This document shows, piece after piece, positions 19,201 to 28,439 of a stretch of 64,000 nucleotides of DNA. Location of the stretch: NCBI GenBank assembly GCA_002414865.1, contig DIAQ01000095.1:21430-85429 (forward strand). Reading direction: 5' to 3'. The stretch is from a candidate division Hyd24-12 bacterium UBA5074. GTDB lineage: Bacteria; Fermentibacterota; Fermentibacteria; Fermentibacterales; Fermentibacteraceae. The position numbers and the translations under genes were made by a program. Under the pieces are notes generated by a model, which saw only the letters and a program-made list of their open reading frames with translations, was not told where the DNA came from and ran no database searches. How positions within the stretch are numbered: the stretch's first letter is position 1; each line of letters starts with the position of its first letter.

Positions 19201-19599
19201 GGGGTCTAGGCGCATGCCCCTGTAGACGTGGAAGACCTCGAACAACGATGTCGGAGGCAGCCGCTTGAGCAGCGCCGCGGCCGGCACGACTGCGATGGTG
19301 GAGGGGCCGGGGGCCAGGAGTCCGTGCATGCACTCGATCCGGTCGGAGATCACGCTCTGGTGGGCCGGCTCTCCCTCGTATGGCAGGGTTTCGTAGGGAG
19401 GGAAGTAGAGCACCTGCCCGAGGATCGACCTGAGGTCGTCCCTGATGCTCTCCGCTTCACGCATCGAGGGCACCACCACCATGGTGGGTCCCGCAAGCCG
19501 GTGGAGGGCTGCCACGGCGAAGGAGCAGGAGGCGCCCCCCAGACCGCCGACGCGTGTCAGGGGAGAGGTGCTCACCCTGTCGAGGAGAGAGTCGAACAC
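16291..19599 (-). CDS. mfd: Transcription-repair coupling factor.
   Basis: 1102 aa with RecG-like helicase motifs GDVGYGKTEVALRAAF and DEEHRFGV, plus UvrB-homology and TRG domains. GTG start. Confidence 0.95.
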   Translation of the reverse strand: MFDSLLDRVSTSPLTRVGGLGGASCSFAVAALHRLAGPTMVVVPSMREAESIRDDLRSILGQVLYFPPYETLPYEGEPAHQSVISDRIECMHGLLAPGPSTIAVVPAAALLKRLPPTSLFEVFHVYRGMRLDPAELSSWLVSAGYEREDSVVEQGRWAARGGVIDAGGFGMDNPVRIEFFGDEVESLRIFDQRSQRSIREVASADLLPAREAVLRPELWDRAMERLPQGHYLAEKMLISNNIPGLEHHLPLFMDDSATLPDYLATIGTLVLVEPGRLQESLKAAWETQTQGFPADAGFTPGQQFATPEEMLERLSACPRTVSFEVTPSEDVDEYCLTLPQETYVGHPEEMRRQFSDWLGDGYRIAVACDSPAEKEAFAALIPEGMEVDVQVLSISEGFRMPEKGLVVLSERRLLSGRRRPGTVRRFRGGEPAAVDDDLSPGQFVVHRQYGIGIFRGLERVSTGGETIDCLSIEYADGDKLLVPVPEIGQVHLYRTPGDAHPQLDRIGASFWSGRVSRARVRAAEIAGRLAVLYAERKARERPLIPPPSNLMDALERTFPFEETPDQRTTIERVKEDFTKPMPMDRLICGDVGYGKTEVALRAAFRAADAGLQVAVLVPTTILAEQHFQTFRDRLAEFPVKVGVLSRFQTPAEQREVLAGLAEGSVSIIVGTHRILQKDVRFNRLGLVIIDEEHRFGVRQKEYLRELRTSVDTLAMTATPIPRTLHMALSGFRDISLIATPPRDRYPVHTELATFNPRIVATAVNRELEREGQVFYVHNRIATLGDVLADLQSALPGVRICTAHGQMRPEALEEVMHSFMEGGYDLLLCTAIIESGLDLPRVNTIFIDNAQTFGVADLYQLRGRVGRSYHRAYCYLLHPAGRRGLSPEARTRLESISRFTELGSGWHVAMRDLETRGAGELLGARQHGQIESIGYSLFEDLIAEEASRLRGGLQGPQADIRIEMPGDAFIPEDYMPDILERVRLYRIVWRSSGEEDVEDWKRFVRDRYGEMPDQVSNCAERARLRVLAGSAGAEEVVGGGKSLRIVLRSGAVTEAEAGRRLAGFGTRAIVREKTGRLVIALEYEGAEAVGLLGLATSALRRLG

Positions 19600-19664
19600 G
19601 CCGTCCCAGGTGAACTCGTCGACGAGCCACCCGGCGTGATGCTGCCGTCCCGGAGCGCTGGCGG

Positions 19665-21029
19665 TCAGTCCTGGCCGTCCGCGGAGGTGCGCACCAGGGC
19701 AGGCGGAGGGACAGGGAGGTCCACCCCGGCCATCCGCTCCCAGGCCGATTCGAGAATCGGCAGGAAGCCGAGGAACGCCTGCAGCTCGTCACCCTCGAGG
19801 GGGGAGACCGGCGGCACGATTTCGGTGGCGGGATTCACGAAGGAGCCGTTCCGCTTCATCTCGAAGTGCACGTGCGGGCCGGTCGAGAGGCCCGTGCTGC
19901 CCACGTAGCCGATGATCTCCCCCTGCCTGACATACGAGCCCACCGACTGGCCCTGCGCGAACGACGACATGTGCCCGTAACCCGTCTCGTACCCGTTGGC
20001 ATGCCTTATCTTGACGATGTTGCCATAGCCTCCCGAATACTGTCTCATCGTTATCACGCCGTCGCCGACCGCGTAGATCTCCGTGCCGGCCGGGGCGGCA
20101 TAGTCGATGCCGTTGTGGGCCCTGCTGTATCCCAGGACAGGATGCATCCTGGACGAGCTGAACGAAGAGCTTATGCGCCCGAACGGAACGGGCATCCGGA
20201 GGAACATCGTCTTGAGGGATGCCCCGTCGCGGTGGTAGAAGTCGAGAACGACCGCGTCGGCCACCGTGTGGTAGAACGGGAAGGCCTCGGCCACGCCGCC
20301 CGAGGAGAACTCGTACTTCGCGGCGAGGATCCGCCTGAACCCCGTTTCGGATGTGCCCGGATACCTCACCTCCTCCAGGAGGATGTAGACCCGGTCGCCT
20401 ATGCGGACGTCATGGTAGAAGTCGATGTCGTAGGCGAAAAGCCTGTCCGTGAGCTCGTGCTGCAGCTCGGAGATGTAGGCGCTCGCCCTCGAGGAGTCGC
20501 GCTCCGTTACGATCTCCCCCGATGGGCTGAGATCGGGGGGCAGGGCGTAGTCCCACAGGCTCTGCCAGACCGTCGAACGCACGTCGCAGGTGACGGCCCT
20601 GAGCCTCGTCCATTGAGTCTCGGGGACGAAGGTGCACTCGCTGACGAGACCGTCTCCGCCCAGTTTCACGCAGTAGAAGCCCCTGACGCTCCTTGGGAAC
20701 GCCCTCAACTCCGAGAGCCTGCCCCTGACGAAGACCGCCTCTATGGTGTCGCCCTCGTGCTGCACGCGCCACTGGAGGCTGTCATGGAGGGCCGTGCAGC
20801 AGCGGACGTAGTTGTCACCGTCGACCCCGGCCTCGCGGAGCGCCCCCCCCAGGAACCCCTCCCCTATCACGGACGTCCTCACCTCCAGAGTGTCGGCGAG
20901 GATTCCTCCCAGAGAATCGAGGGTATGGGCGAGCAATTCGTTCTGGGCTGTATAGGGCCAGGGAGGGCCGGATCTCCTGATGGGCGGCTTCATGAACAGG
21001 ACCGTGGCCGCCATCCCGGCGGCCACCAT
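19665..21029 (-). CDS. M23 family metallopeptidase (peptidoglycan DD-endopeptidase-like).
   Basis: HNGIDYAAPAGTEIYAVGDGVI...GYGHMSSF...GSTGLSTGPHVHFE, with an N-terminal TM anchor. Confidence 0.85.
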   Translation of the reverse strand: MVAAGMAATVLFMKPPIRRSGPPWPYTAQNELLAHTLDSLGGILADTLEVRTSVIGEGFLGGALREAGVDGDNYVRCCTALHDSLQWRVQHEGDTIEAVFVRGRLSELRAFPRSVRGFYCVKLGGDGLVSECTFVPETQWTRLRAVTCDVRSTVWQSLWDYALPPDLSPSGEIVTERDSSRASAYISELQHELTDRLFAYDIDFYHDVRIGDRVYILLEEVRYPGTSETGFRRILAAKYEFSSGGVAEAFPFYHTVADAVVLDFYHRDGASLKTMFLRMPVPFGRISSSFSSSRMHPVLGYSRAHNGIDYAAPAGTEIYAVGDGVITMRQYSGGYGNIVKIRHANGYETGYGHMSSFAQGQSVGSYVRQGEIIGYVGSTGLSTGPHVHFEMKRNGSFVNPATEIVPPVSPLEGDELQAFLGFLPILESAWERMAGVDLPVPPPALVRTSADGQD

Positions 21030-21072
21030 GTAGGCTATACTCCTGCGGGTCAGGCGCAGCGGGATCCCCCCT

Positions 21073-21717
21073 TCAGGGCTCCGGGGCGGCCGGACCGCGG
21101 CCGGTCTCCGAGTAGAGCCTGTCGCCGCAGTCGCCCAGCCCGGGCCGTATGAACCAGCGCGAGTCCAGGTCCCGGTCGACGGCGGCAGTCACCACTATCA
21201 GCCTCTCGTGTCTCGAGAGCTTCGCAATGCCTTCAGGTGCGCTGACCATGGATGCCAGCACCACAGCGGCGGCACCCTTCGAGAAGAGAAAGTCGACGAC
21301 GCCCCTGGAGGTTCCTCCGGTTGCGAGCATCGGGTCGAGGATGATGGCCTGCCTCCCCGTGGCATCGGGCACCGAGTCGTAGAACCAGATGGGCTTCGAC
21401 GTCTGCTCGTCCCTCCGGACGGCTACGAAGCCGACCGGGGCCAGCGGCAGCACGGCCTGGAAGGGTCCGAGCATGCCCAGCCCGGCCCTCAGTATCGCCA
21501 CGATTACGGGCTGCCTCGCAAGGAGCTCGCCGAGGGTGGATTCCATCGGCGTCTCCACCTCGACAGGCGCGGTCTGGAGATGGCGGGACGCCTCGAACGC
21601 CAGGAGTGTCGAGAGACCAGCCGCACAGACCCGGAAGCCTGCTGGAGGAGTCCTCCTGTCCCTCATGCGTGTGAGGAGGTCCCGCGCCACGGGATGATCG
21701 AGCTCCACCAGCTTCAA
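21073..21717 (-). CDS. upp: Uracil phosphoribosyltransferase.
   Basis: MKLVELDHPVARDLLTRMRD N-terminus and the PRPP site ILDPMLATGGT. TTG start with GGAGG Shine-Dalgarno. Confidence 0.9.
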   Translation of the reverse strand: MKLVELDHPVARDLLTRMRDRRTPPAGFRVCAAGLSTLLAFEASRHLQTAPVEVETPMESTLGELLARQPVIVAILRAGLGMLGPFQAVLPLAPVGFVAVRRDEQTSKPIWFYDSVPDATGRQAIILDPMLATGGTSRGVVDFLFSKGAAAVVLASMVSAPEGIAKLSRHERLIVVTAAVDRDLDSRWFIRPGLGDCGDRLYSETGRGPAAPEP

Positions 21718-21739
21718 GAGCGCCTCCGGAGAAAATTTG

Positions 21740-21768
21740 TTGACAACATACTCCGGCCGTCATACACT
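21740..21768 (+). promoter_or_regulatory. Putative sigma70 promoter for tyrS (TTGACA-17-TACACT).
   Basis: TTGACA at 21740-21745, a 17-nt spacer, then TACACT at 21763-21768. The ATG is at 21786, so the leader is short and there is no room for a T-box. Confidence 0.35.
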
Positions 21769-21785
21769 CGCCAATTGGGCAACGA

Positions 21786-23030
21786 ATGGGAGGAACTCGC
21801 TTGGACGCGCTCAGGACGCTCACGGACAGAGGGCTGGTCTACCAGGTCACCGACGAGGAGAATCTGTCGGAGATCCTGTCAGCCGGCAGGGTGACTTTCT
21901 ATGTCGGATTCGACGCCACGGCCTCCAGCCTCCACCTCGGTCACCTGGTCCCTCTCATGGCGGCGAGCTGGCTGCAGAAGGCGGGGCACCGTCCCCTGAT
22001 CGTCGTAGGCGGGGCCACAGCACTCGTAGGCGACCCCTCCGGGAGGAGTTCGGAGAGGACGCTCGAGGCGCGCGAGACAGTCGAGGACTGGGCGGGGAGC
22101 ATCGCGGCGCAGCTTCGGCGCTTCCTCGACTTCGGCCCCGATGCGGCGCAGCTCCTCGACAACTCCGCCTGGCTCCTGGGGCTCGACTACATCGGCTTCC
22201 TCCGCGACATCGGCAGACATTTCAGCGTCAACCGCATGCTCACCGCCGACTCGGTGAAGAGCAGGCTCGAGAAGGGGCTCTCCTTCCTCGAGTTCAACTA
22301 CATGCTACTGCAGTCCTATGATTTCCTCTGGCTGAACCGGAGCTGCGGCTGCACACTCCAGATCGGCGGCGCCGACCAGTGGGGCAACATAGTCGCGGGC
22401 ATCGACCTCATCAGGCGCGTGGAGGGCGGCGAGGCCTTCGGGCTCACCTGCCCCCTCGTAACGGCATCCACGGGTCAGAAGATGAGCAAGTCGATGCCGG
22501 GCGGAGCGATCTGGCTGGATCCCTGCATGACCTCGCCATATGACTACTACCAGTTCTGGATAAACGTGGACGACCGCGACGCGATCTACTTCATGAAGCT
22601 CTACACATTCATGGAGATCGCGGAGATCGAGCGCTACTCGGCCTTGCGCGGCGAGGACACCAGGGAGGTCAAGCAGCGGCTGGCGTGGGAGGCCACGGCG
22701 ATCGTCCACGGAGCGCCCGAGGCCGACAAGGCGAGAGACGCCTCCTCGGCCCTCTTCGGGGGAACCGGGGACGGGGCTTCCGTGCCATCCCTGGAGATGC
22801 CTGCCTCGAAGCTCGCCGAAGGCATCTCCTACACCGACCTGTTCGTCGAGACCGGCCTCTGTTCGAGCAGGAGCGAGGTCCGGCGGCTCTGCAGCCAGAA
22901 CGGCCTGCATGCAGGCAGCCGCAGCATCTCGAACCCCGACGGATGCCTCGCGCCGGAGGATCTGACCTCGGGCTCGATACTCCTCAGAGCCGGCAAGAAA
23001 CGCTACTTCAGGGTCGTCTTCTCGGAGTAG
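21786..23030 (+). CDS. tyrS: Tyrosine--tRNA ligase.
   Basis: HIGH-type motif SSLHLGHL, KMSKS motif and a C-terminal S4 domain. Confidence 0.95.
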   Translation: MGGTRLDALRTLTDRGLVYQVTDEENLSEILSAGRVTFYVGFDATASSLHLGHLVPLMAASWLQKAGHRPLIVVGGATALVGDPSGRSSERTLEARETVEDWAGSIAAQLRRFLDFGPDAAQLLDNSAWLLGLDYIGFLRDIGRHFSVNRMLTADSVKSRLEKGLSFLEFNYMLLQSYDFLWLNRSCGCTLQIGGADQWGNIVAGIDLIRRVEGGEAFGLTCPLVTASTGQKMSKSMPGGAIWLDPCMTSPYDYYQFWINVDDRDAIYFMKLYTFMEIAEIERYSALRGEDTREVKQRLAWEATAIVHGAPEADKARDASSALFGGTGDGASVPSLEMPASKLAEGISYTDLFVETGLCSSRSEVRRLCSQNGLHAGSRSISNPDGCLAPEDLTSGSILLRAGKKRYFRVVFSE

Positions 23031-24033
23031 CCGGGCCGGGGCCGGACGTCCCTATGAGTATCGCGTCGTAGGCGGCGTCGGCCTGGTGCACCTGCCTGCC
23101 CTGCAGGTCGCGCACATCGTCCTCGACCACCAGGCTCCTCCCGTATCTGGGCACGGTGCCCTCCAGGAACAGAGCGTAGTCGGAAGGGAAGACCCCGAGC
23201 CCGTCGAGTCTCGACCCTGTCTCGTTCACGACGGCTGTGGCCGCCTTTTCGAACATGCCGAGATCCTTGAGGTAGGTCCGGACCTCCTCCATGCCTTCGC
23301 CCGAGCTGTCCCTGGCTATGACGATCCGTTCGAGATCGACGGCTCCGCCCCCGCCGCCCACCCGGTACAGGCCCTCCTCCGGAGAGCCCCCGACCGGCAC
23401 CGCCGAGCCTGAGCGCGCCACCGGCAGCCGATCGGACCCGCCCGCCACGAGCAGGCACATCTCCCCTTCGTCCCCCCCTCCGCCACCGGAGTCGAAGAAC
23501 GCGAAGCATGCCATCGCAGCGAGGGCAAGGACTCCGGCGACAGGCAGGAGCCGCGCGGAGACCCGTCTCCGGGGGCGGCCGGGGGCCGGCACGGCATGGG
23601 ATGCAGGCTGGATGACCAGCACGGGCGACCTGCCGTCGTCCTCCAGCATACCCAGCGCTTCGCCGGGTTCGGAGGGAGGCTGGTCCGAGGCCGGCTGACG
23701 AGGCATCCCGCCCGCCCATGCCATGATCATGGCACCCTCGGCGAGAGGTGTGCGCGAGGAGGATGCCGATTCCCTGGCAGGCTCCTCCCATGCCGAGGCC
23801 CCCTCGGGGCCCAAAGCCGAGGCTCCCGCGGAACCGGCTCGGAAATACCACATCATGCCGTCGCGGATCACCCCGAAGACCAGCCCCTCAAGCCTCTCCC
23901 TCGGAGGGAGCGCCCCGGCCAGGGACTGCAGGGCGGAGCAGAGATCCTCACCCGGAGGCAGAGTCCTCAGGCCGTCAAGCAGGCCGGCGCAGTAAGAGTA
24001 GGGATTCGAGCCTCCCCCTCCCAGCGCCGCCAC
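23008..24033 (-). CDS. Hypothetical bitopic membrane protein: a cytoplasmic N-domain of about 175 aa, one TM helix and an extracytoplasmic C-domain of about 140 aa.
   Basis: The 341-aa ORF has protein-like composition (W/Y/F/K/D present), unlike the R/G-rich alternative ORFs in the region. TM segment LLPVAGVLALAAMACFAFF. Its 3' end overlaps tyrS convergently by 23 nt. No recognisable motif. Confidence 0.4.
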   Translation of the reverse strand: MAALGGGGSNPYSYCAGLLDGLRTLPPGEDLCSALQSLAGALPPRERLEGLVFGVIRDGMMWYFRAGSAGASALGPEGASAWEEPARESASSSRTPLAEGAMIMAWAGGMPRQPASDQPPSEPGEALGMLEDDGRSPVLVIQPASHAVPAPGRPRRRVSARLLPVAGVLALAAMACFAFFDSGGGGGDEGEMCLLVAGGSDRLPVARSGSAVPVGGSPEEGLYRVGGGGGAVDLERIVIARDSSGEGMEEVRTYLKDLGMFEKAATAVVNETGSRLDGLGVFPSDYALFLEGTVPRYGRSLVVEDDVRDLQGRQVHQADAAYDAILIGTSGPGPATPRRRP

Positions 24034-24137
24034 GAAAAGGGCGCCGGAAGGATGGGAGGCCCAGGCCGCGCAGCCTGATCCCGTCCTCGTCGAGCCACGG
24101 GTCTGCCGGGAGGCGTCTGCCGGGAGCCCTCGAGTCT

Positions 24138-24692
24138 CTACCTCGAGCTCCCGGAACCGCTCGAGGACCCGCCCGTGGAGCCTCCCCTGGAGCTGCCGCC
24201 GGTGGAGCCACCCCTCGATGAGCCGCCGCTGGATCCGCTGCGCGAGGAGCCTGAGGAAAGGCCGCTGACCGTCGACTGCAGCGATGCCACCTGGTCCTCG
24301 AGGCCGTCGATCCTGTCCCTGAGGCTGTCCAGCGTGGGTCCCACCTCGGAGATGCCTGCGGACATGATTGCGAGCGACTCCTGTGCCGCGGAAACCATCC
24401 CGCCCATCTCCACGAGCCCTGCGGAGAGCGAGTCGATGGAGGCCAGGGTCTCCTCGAGACGGGCCGAGGCGTCGGGGGAGACATCGAGACCCTGGGCTGC
24501 GAGGGTTTCCTCGATGGTGCCGAGGCGCCTCTCGAGATCGGGCAGATTCACCTCCGGGGAGCTCTGGGCGAGCTCCTCGATGTCGTCCATCCTGCTTGAG
24601 ACGTCGTCTATCTTTGTATTGAGCTGGTCAATTCCCGGAACGCTGCATCCGAGTGCCAGGACCAGAGGCAGCAGAATGACGAGAATGCGCAT
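24138..24692 (-). CDS. Coiled-coil lipoprotein with a Gly/Ser-rich C-terminal tail.
   Basis: Lipobox MRILVILLPLVLALGCS. Heptad-like IDDVSSRMDDIEELAQ...LEDQVASLQSTVSGL. Tail SGSSRSGSSGGSSRGGSTGGSSRGGSTGGSSSGSGSSR. Confidence 0.65.
   Translation of the reverse strand: MRILVILLPLVLALGCSVPGIDQLNTKIDDVSSRMDDIEELAQSSPEVNLPDLERRLGTIEETLAAQGLDVSPDASARLEETLASIDSLSAGLVEMGGMVSAAQESLAIMSAGISEVGPTLDSLRDRIDGLEDQVASLQSTVSGLSSGSSRSGSSGGSSRGGSTGGSSRGGSTGGSSSGSGSSR
24141..24260 (-). repeat. Imperfect tandem repeat of about 24 nt coding for a GGSSRGGST low-complexity tail.
   Basis: Repeated units gccgccggtggagccacccctcga / gcccgtggagcctcccctggagct on the plus strand, inside the 3' end of the lipoprotein CDS. 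Confidence 0.45.
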
Positions 24693-24721
24693 GCAGGACC
24701 CTCCGTTTCGTCGACCGGCGT

Positions 24722-25273
24722 TCAGGGCCGGTCTTCAGAGAAGACTTCGGCGGTATAGGTGAACAACTCGACTCCCTCGGATTTCCAGGCTGCGGGAGGG
24801 AGGCCCGCCTTCAGACAGACATGGCCGAGCAGCTGGTCCCTGTCCCAGCCTTCCTCGCGCGCGACCTGCGGCAGCAGCGTGCCGGATCTGGCGCCCCTGC
24901 GGATGTAGACTCCGTGATCACCTGGAACCACATCGGACGGCCTCGCAGGCTTCATCGGGCTCAGGACCGAGATCTCGACGAACAGACTCCCGATCTCCGA
25001 CGGGCGGACGGGCGGGAATCTCGGATCCTCGACCGCGGCAGCGGCGGCCATCCTGACAACCGTCTGGCCCAGAGTGCCCATCGGGGTGAAGCAGCCGATG
25101 CATCCCCTCAGCTCGGAACCCTGTTTCGTCCGGAGAGTCACGAAAGCCCCGAGATGTGCACCAAGCGCCCCCTCGGACGGAGCGGCCGGCAGGGCGGAGC
25201 CCCGCGAAGCAGCCTCCACCGAGCTCCGGGCAGCCGCCAGGAGCGTGATCCGCTCGGAAGGGCAGAGGCTCAC
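24722..25273 (-). CDS. AMMECR1 domain protein (AmmeMemoRadiSam system protein A-like).
   Basis: AFVTLRTKQGSELRGCIGCFTP...GVYIRRGARSGTLLPQVAREEGWDRDQLLGHVCLKAG. GTG start at 25273 overlaps the Memo TGA stop (GTGA). The upstream R-rich part of ORF 24722..25864 is rejected. Confidence 0.85.
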   Translation of the reverse strand: MSLCPSERITLLAAARSSVEAASRGSALPAAPSEGALGAHLGAFVTLRTKQGSELRGCIGCFTPMGTLGQTVVRMAAAAAVEDPRFPPVRPSEIGSLFVEISVLSPMKPARPSDVVPGDHGVYIRRGARSGTLLPQVAREEGWDRDQLLGHVCLKAGLPPAAWKSEGVELFTYTAEVFSEDRP

Positions 25274-26088
25274 GAAGCCAGCCTCCGGGTGCAGCCCGCC
25301 ATGTACCCTACCACCGCGGATTCGTCCCCCGAGGCTGCGGCCGACGTGTCGTATGCCGTTATGCCGGCCTCGAAGGGCCCGCTCTCGGCGGCCCAGGCCA
25401 GGAGGGTCATCACGGGTCCGGCTCCGCAGGCTTCGGCCCGCCCCCGGGTGAGCAGGCCCTCGATCGCGGAGGGATCGCCGGTGGCGAAGGCCTCGCCGAA
25501 CCTTCCGTCGAGCTGCTTCGCCGTTTCGATCGGATGGTAGTGCGAGAGATCGCTGGATGCGACGAACAGCATCCTTCCCTGTCCCTCGCAGGCGGTGACG
25601 AGCGACGAGGCGAGGGATCGGGAGAACGATGCGGAGACCGATCCCTGGAGGATGGGCACGATCATGGCGAAGGGCCATCTGACCTGGACGAAGGGGATCT
25701 GGACCTCCTCGGCATGCTCCATGGAATGGGCTCTGGGTTCGTATCCGAAGCCGAGCTCGGCGAGGCGGGCGACGATCGTCCTGTTGACCCTCGCCGCGCC
25801 CAGAGGAGTTCTGTATGCCTCTCCCCCGTACACGGAAGCTCCAGCCACGGGAAACCGGTGGCATGGCGCGACCACCAGGACCGTCTGTATGTCCGCGGGG
25901 GCGCTTGCGAATGCAGCGCCGGCGATCCTCCCCGAGTAGACATATCCAGCATGCGGACTGACGATGCCTGTAACCCCCTCGTCGGAGACCGGGCCGGCAG
26001 CCGAGAGGTAGGACTCCACCTCCCTGCGGAGGCGTCCGGGATCGGCGGTGTAGAACATCCCCGCCACAGCGGGCCTCCGCTCAGCCAC
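25270..26088 (-). CDS. MEMO1-family protein (AmmeMemoRadiSam system protein B-like).
   Basis: AGMFYTADPGRL...GIVSPHAGYVYSG...SSDLSHYH. Confidence 0.85.
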   Translation of the reverse strand: MAERRPAVAGMFYTADPGRLRREVESYLSAAGPVSDEGVTGIVSPHAGYVYSGRIAGAAFASAPADIQTVLVVAPCHRFPVAGASVYGGEAYRTPLGAARVNRTIVARLAELGFGYEPRAHSMEHAEEVQIPFVQVRWPFAMIVPILQGSVSASFSRSLASSLVTACEGQGRMLFVASSDLSHYHPIETAKQLDGRFGEAFATGDPSAIEGLLTRGRAEACGAGPVMTLLAWAAESGPFEAGITAYDTSAAASGDESAVVGYMAGCTRRLAS

Positions 26089-26818
26089 CCCGGCCCTCCA
26101 TCATGTCCTCCATGCCGTACAGACCTGGCGGTCTCTCCATGACGAACGCCGCCGCCTCCAGGGCTCCGAGTACGAACAGGCGCCGTCCGGATGCCCTGTG
26201 GCCGAGGAGCATCCTCTCCCCTTCGAGAAGGATGTGGACCTCGTGGTCGCCCGCCACGTCTCCTCCCCTCACGGAGTGGACGCCCACCTCGTCACGCTCG
26301 CGAGGGCCCCGCCGTCCGCTTCGCCCCATGACGGGGACCGCCTGACGTCCGGTCCCACCCGACCAGCTCTCGAGGAGCTTCTGGGCGGTTCCGCTGGGAC
26401 TGTCGACCTTGCCACGATGGTGGACCTCGACGATCTCGAGGTCCGCCCTGTCCCCGAGGAGCCTCGCTGCCTCGAATACCAGCCTCCCGAGCACATGGAT
26501 CCCGAGGCTCATGTTCGGGGAGTGGAAGACAGGGCGGTCGACCGCCCATGCTGCGAGCAGGGCTCTCTCGGCCGGTCCCAGCCCCGTCGTCCCGCTCACG
26601 AGAGCGGCCCCTGATCCCACCAGGAGCGCCCCGAGCGACTCGAATGCCGAAGGCGTCGAGAAATCGAAAACCACCTCGACTGCGGAGGGCAATGTGCCGG
26701 CGGGCTCGGCCAGGGATATGTCGTAGCATGCCGTGATGTCGAAGCCTCGCTCGGGGGCTTCCTGCCTGAGAAGCCGGCCCATGCGCCCCTCGGAACCGAA
26801 GACGGCCGCCTTCGTCAA
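26081..26818 (-). CDS. dapB: 4-hydroxy-tetrahydrodipicolinate reductase.
   Basis: Signature EIVEVHHRGKVDSPSGTA and N-terminal KAAVFGSEGRMGR. TTG start at 26818 overlaps the dapA TGA stop (TTGA). The R-rich N-terminal part of ORF 26081..27556 is rejected. Confidence 0.85.
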   Translation of the reverse strand: MTKAAVFGSEGRMGRLLRQEAPERGFDITACYDISLAEPAGTLPSAVEVVFDFSTPSAFESLGALLVGSGAALVSGTTGLGPAERALLAAWAVDRPVFHSPNMSLGIHVLGRLVFEAARLLGDRADLEIVEVHHRGKVDSPSGTAQKLLESWSGGTGRQAVPVMGRSGRRGPRERDEVGVHSVRGGDVAGDHEVHILLEGERMLLGHRASGRRLFVLGALEAAAFVMERPPGLYGMEDMMEGRGG

Positions 26819-27693
26819 GCGATCCCCGCCTGTTCCATCGCGAGCCTCAGGGCTCCCGTCAGATCCTGCCTCATCGGCGTGAGGGGCAGTCGGAGCTCGT
26901 TCCTGATGCGGCTCGTAATCGCCAGCGCCTGCTTGACCGGTATGGGGTTGCTCTCGAGGAAAAGGGCGTTCATCAGGGGGAACAGCCTCTCGTGGATGGC
27001 CCTGGCCCTGACGAAGTCCCCTTCGAGGGCGAGTCCGGCCATCCTCGCGGTGTCGGCCGGCGCCAGGTTGGACAGCACGGAGACGACCCCCTCTGCGCCC
27101 AGGGCCATGGCCGCCAGGGCCAGATGGTCGTCTCCGCTCAGGATCGACATGCCGCAGAGGGATCGGATCGCCGTCACCCGTTCGACGGCTCCGGCGGCAT
27201 CCTTCACGGCGACGATGCGGGGATGCTCGGCGAGGAGCGCCAGCGTCCCGGGCGTCATGTTGGTGCCTGTCCGGCCCGGGACGTTGTAGACCATCACCGG
27301 GCATTCGACGGCGTCGGCCACCGCTCTGTAGTGCTCCACCTGACCCTCTGCCGTGGGCTTGTTGTAGTAGGGTGTTATGACGAGGATGCCGTCCACCCCC
27401 AGCGAGGAGGCGGCGCGAGAGAGCTCCACGGTGGCAGCGGTGTCGTTCTTCCCCGTCCCCGCGATCACCGGGACGCGCCCCGCGGCGACGCGCAGCACCG
27501 TGCGGACCACCTCCAGATGCTCGTCCCGCCCCAGGGTGGCGGCCTCGCCGGTGCATCCACAGGCGACGAGGCCGTCTATGCCCTCAGCGACCTGCCAGTC
27601 GACGAGCCGTTCCAGGGAGGGCAGGTCGAGCCTGCCGTCCGCGAAGGGGGTGACGAGTGCGGTCCAGGCTCCCCGCGGCCGGGAAAGGGTCAT
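26815..27693 (-). CDS. dapA: 4-hydroxy-tetrahydrodipicolinate synthase.
   Basis: TALVTPF...[17 protein letters not shown]...PYYNKP, typical of DapA. Confidence 0.9.
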   Translation of the reverse strand: MTLSRPRGAWTALVTPFADGRLDLPSLERLVDWQVAEGIDGLVACGCTGEAATLGRDEHLEVVRTVLRVAAGRVPVIAGTGKNDTAATVELSRAASSLGVDGILVITPYYNKPTAEGQVEHYRAVADAVECPVMVYNVPGRTGTNMTPGTLALLAEHPRIVAVKDAAGAVERVTAIRSLCGMSILSGDDHLALAAMALGAEGVVSVLSNLAPADTARMAGLALEGDFVRARAIHERLFPLMNALFLESNPIPVKQALAITSRIRNELRLPLTPMRQDLTGALRLAMEQAGIA

Positions 27694-28439
27694 TTCTTGG
27701 CCGATTCGAAGAACGGCTTCAGGAATTCTATCGGCACCGGGAAGATCGTGGTCGAGTTGTTCTCCACAGCTATCTCCGACAGCGTGTGGAGGTAGCGGAG
27801 CTGGAGGGCTATCGGATGCTGAGCAATGATGTCGGCGGCGTCTGCAAGCTTCTGGGAGGCCTGGAACTCGGCCTCGGCGTGGATGATCTTGGCCCTGCGG
27901 TCACGCTCGGCCTCGGCCTGGCGGGCCATGACGCGGCGCATCTCCTCGGGCAGGTCGACATGCTTGACTTCGACCATGGTGACCTTGATGCCCCACGGAT
28001 CGGTGAGCCTGTCGAGTATCTCCTGCAGCTTGGCGTTTATCTGCTCCCTGTTCGAGAGCAGCTCGTCGAGAGAGGTCTCGCCCAGGACGCTCCTGAGGGT
28101 GGTCTGCCCGAGCTGGCTGGTCGCGTAGAGGTAGTTCTCGACCTCGATGATGGCCTTCACCGAGTCCATCACCCTGAAGTAGACCACGGCGTTCACCTTC
28201 ACGGAGACGTTGTCCCTGGTGATGACGTCCTGGGGCGGGACATCCATGGTCACCACGCGGAGGTCGACCCGGCGCATCTGGTCGATGATCGGCCAGATGA
28301 CGACGAGGCCCGGACCCTTCACGCCGATCACCTTGCCCAGCCTGAACACGACGCCCCTCTGGTACTCGCGGAGGACCCTGAGGGACGTCAGGAGAATGAA
28401 CGCGAAGATGATGACGAGTATCGTAACGGGGCCCATCAT
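27690..28439 (-). CDS. SPFH/band-7 (stomatin-like) membrane protein.
   Basis: ATG at 28439 with GGGAGG Shine-Dalgarno. N-terminal TM helix, then an SPFH core [14 protein letters not shown]...[15 protein letters not shown] and a coiled-coil C-terminus. Confidence 0.9.
   Translation of the reverse strand: MMGPVTILVIIFAFILLTSLRVLREYQRGVVFRLGKVIGVKGPGLVVIWPIIDQMRRVDLRVVTMDVPPQDVITRDNVSVKVNAVVYFRVMDSVKAIIEVENYLYATSQLGQTTLRSVLGETSLDELLSNREQINAKLQEILDRLTDPWGIKVTMVEVKHVDLPEEMRRVMARQAEAERDRRAKIIHAEAEFQASQKLADAADIIAQHPIALQLRYLHTLSEIAVENNSTTIFPVPIEFLKPFFESAKK

Noticed and set aside
21718-21785. T-box or attenuator leader upstream of tyrS.
   Set aside because: Only about 45 nt separate the upstream gene from the ATG, far too short for a T-box riboswitch. 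Only a simple promoter was called.
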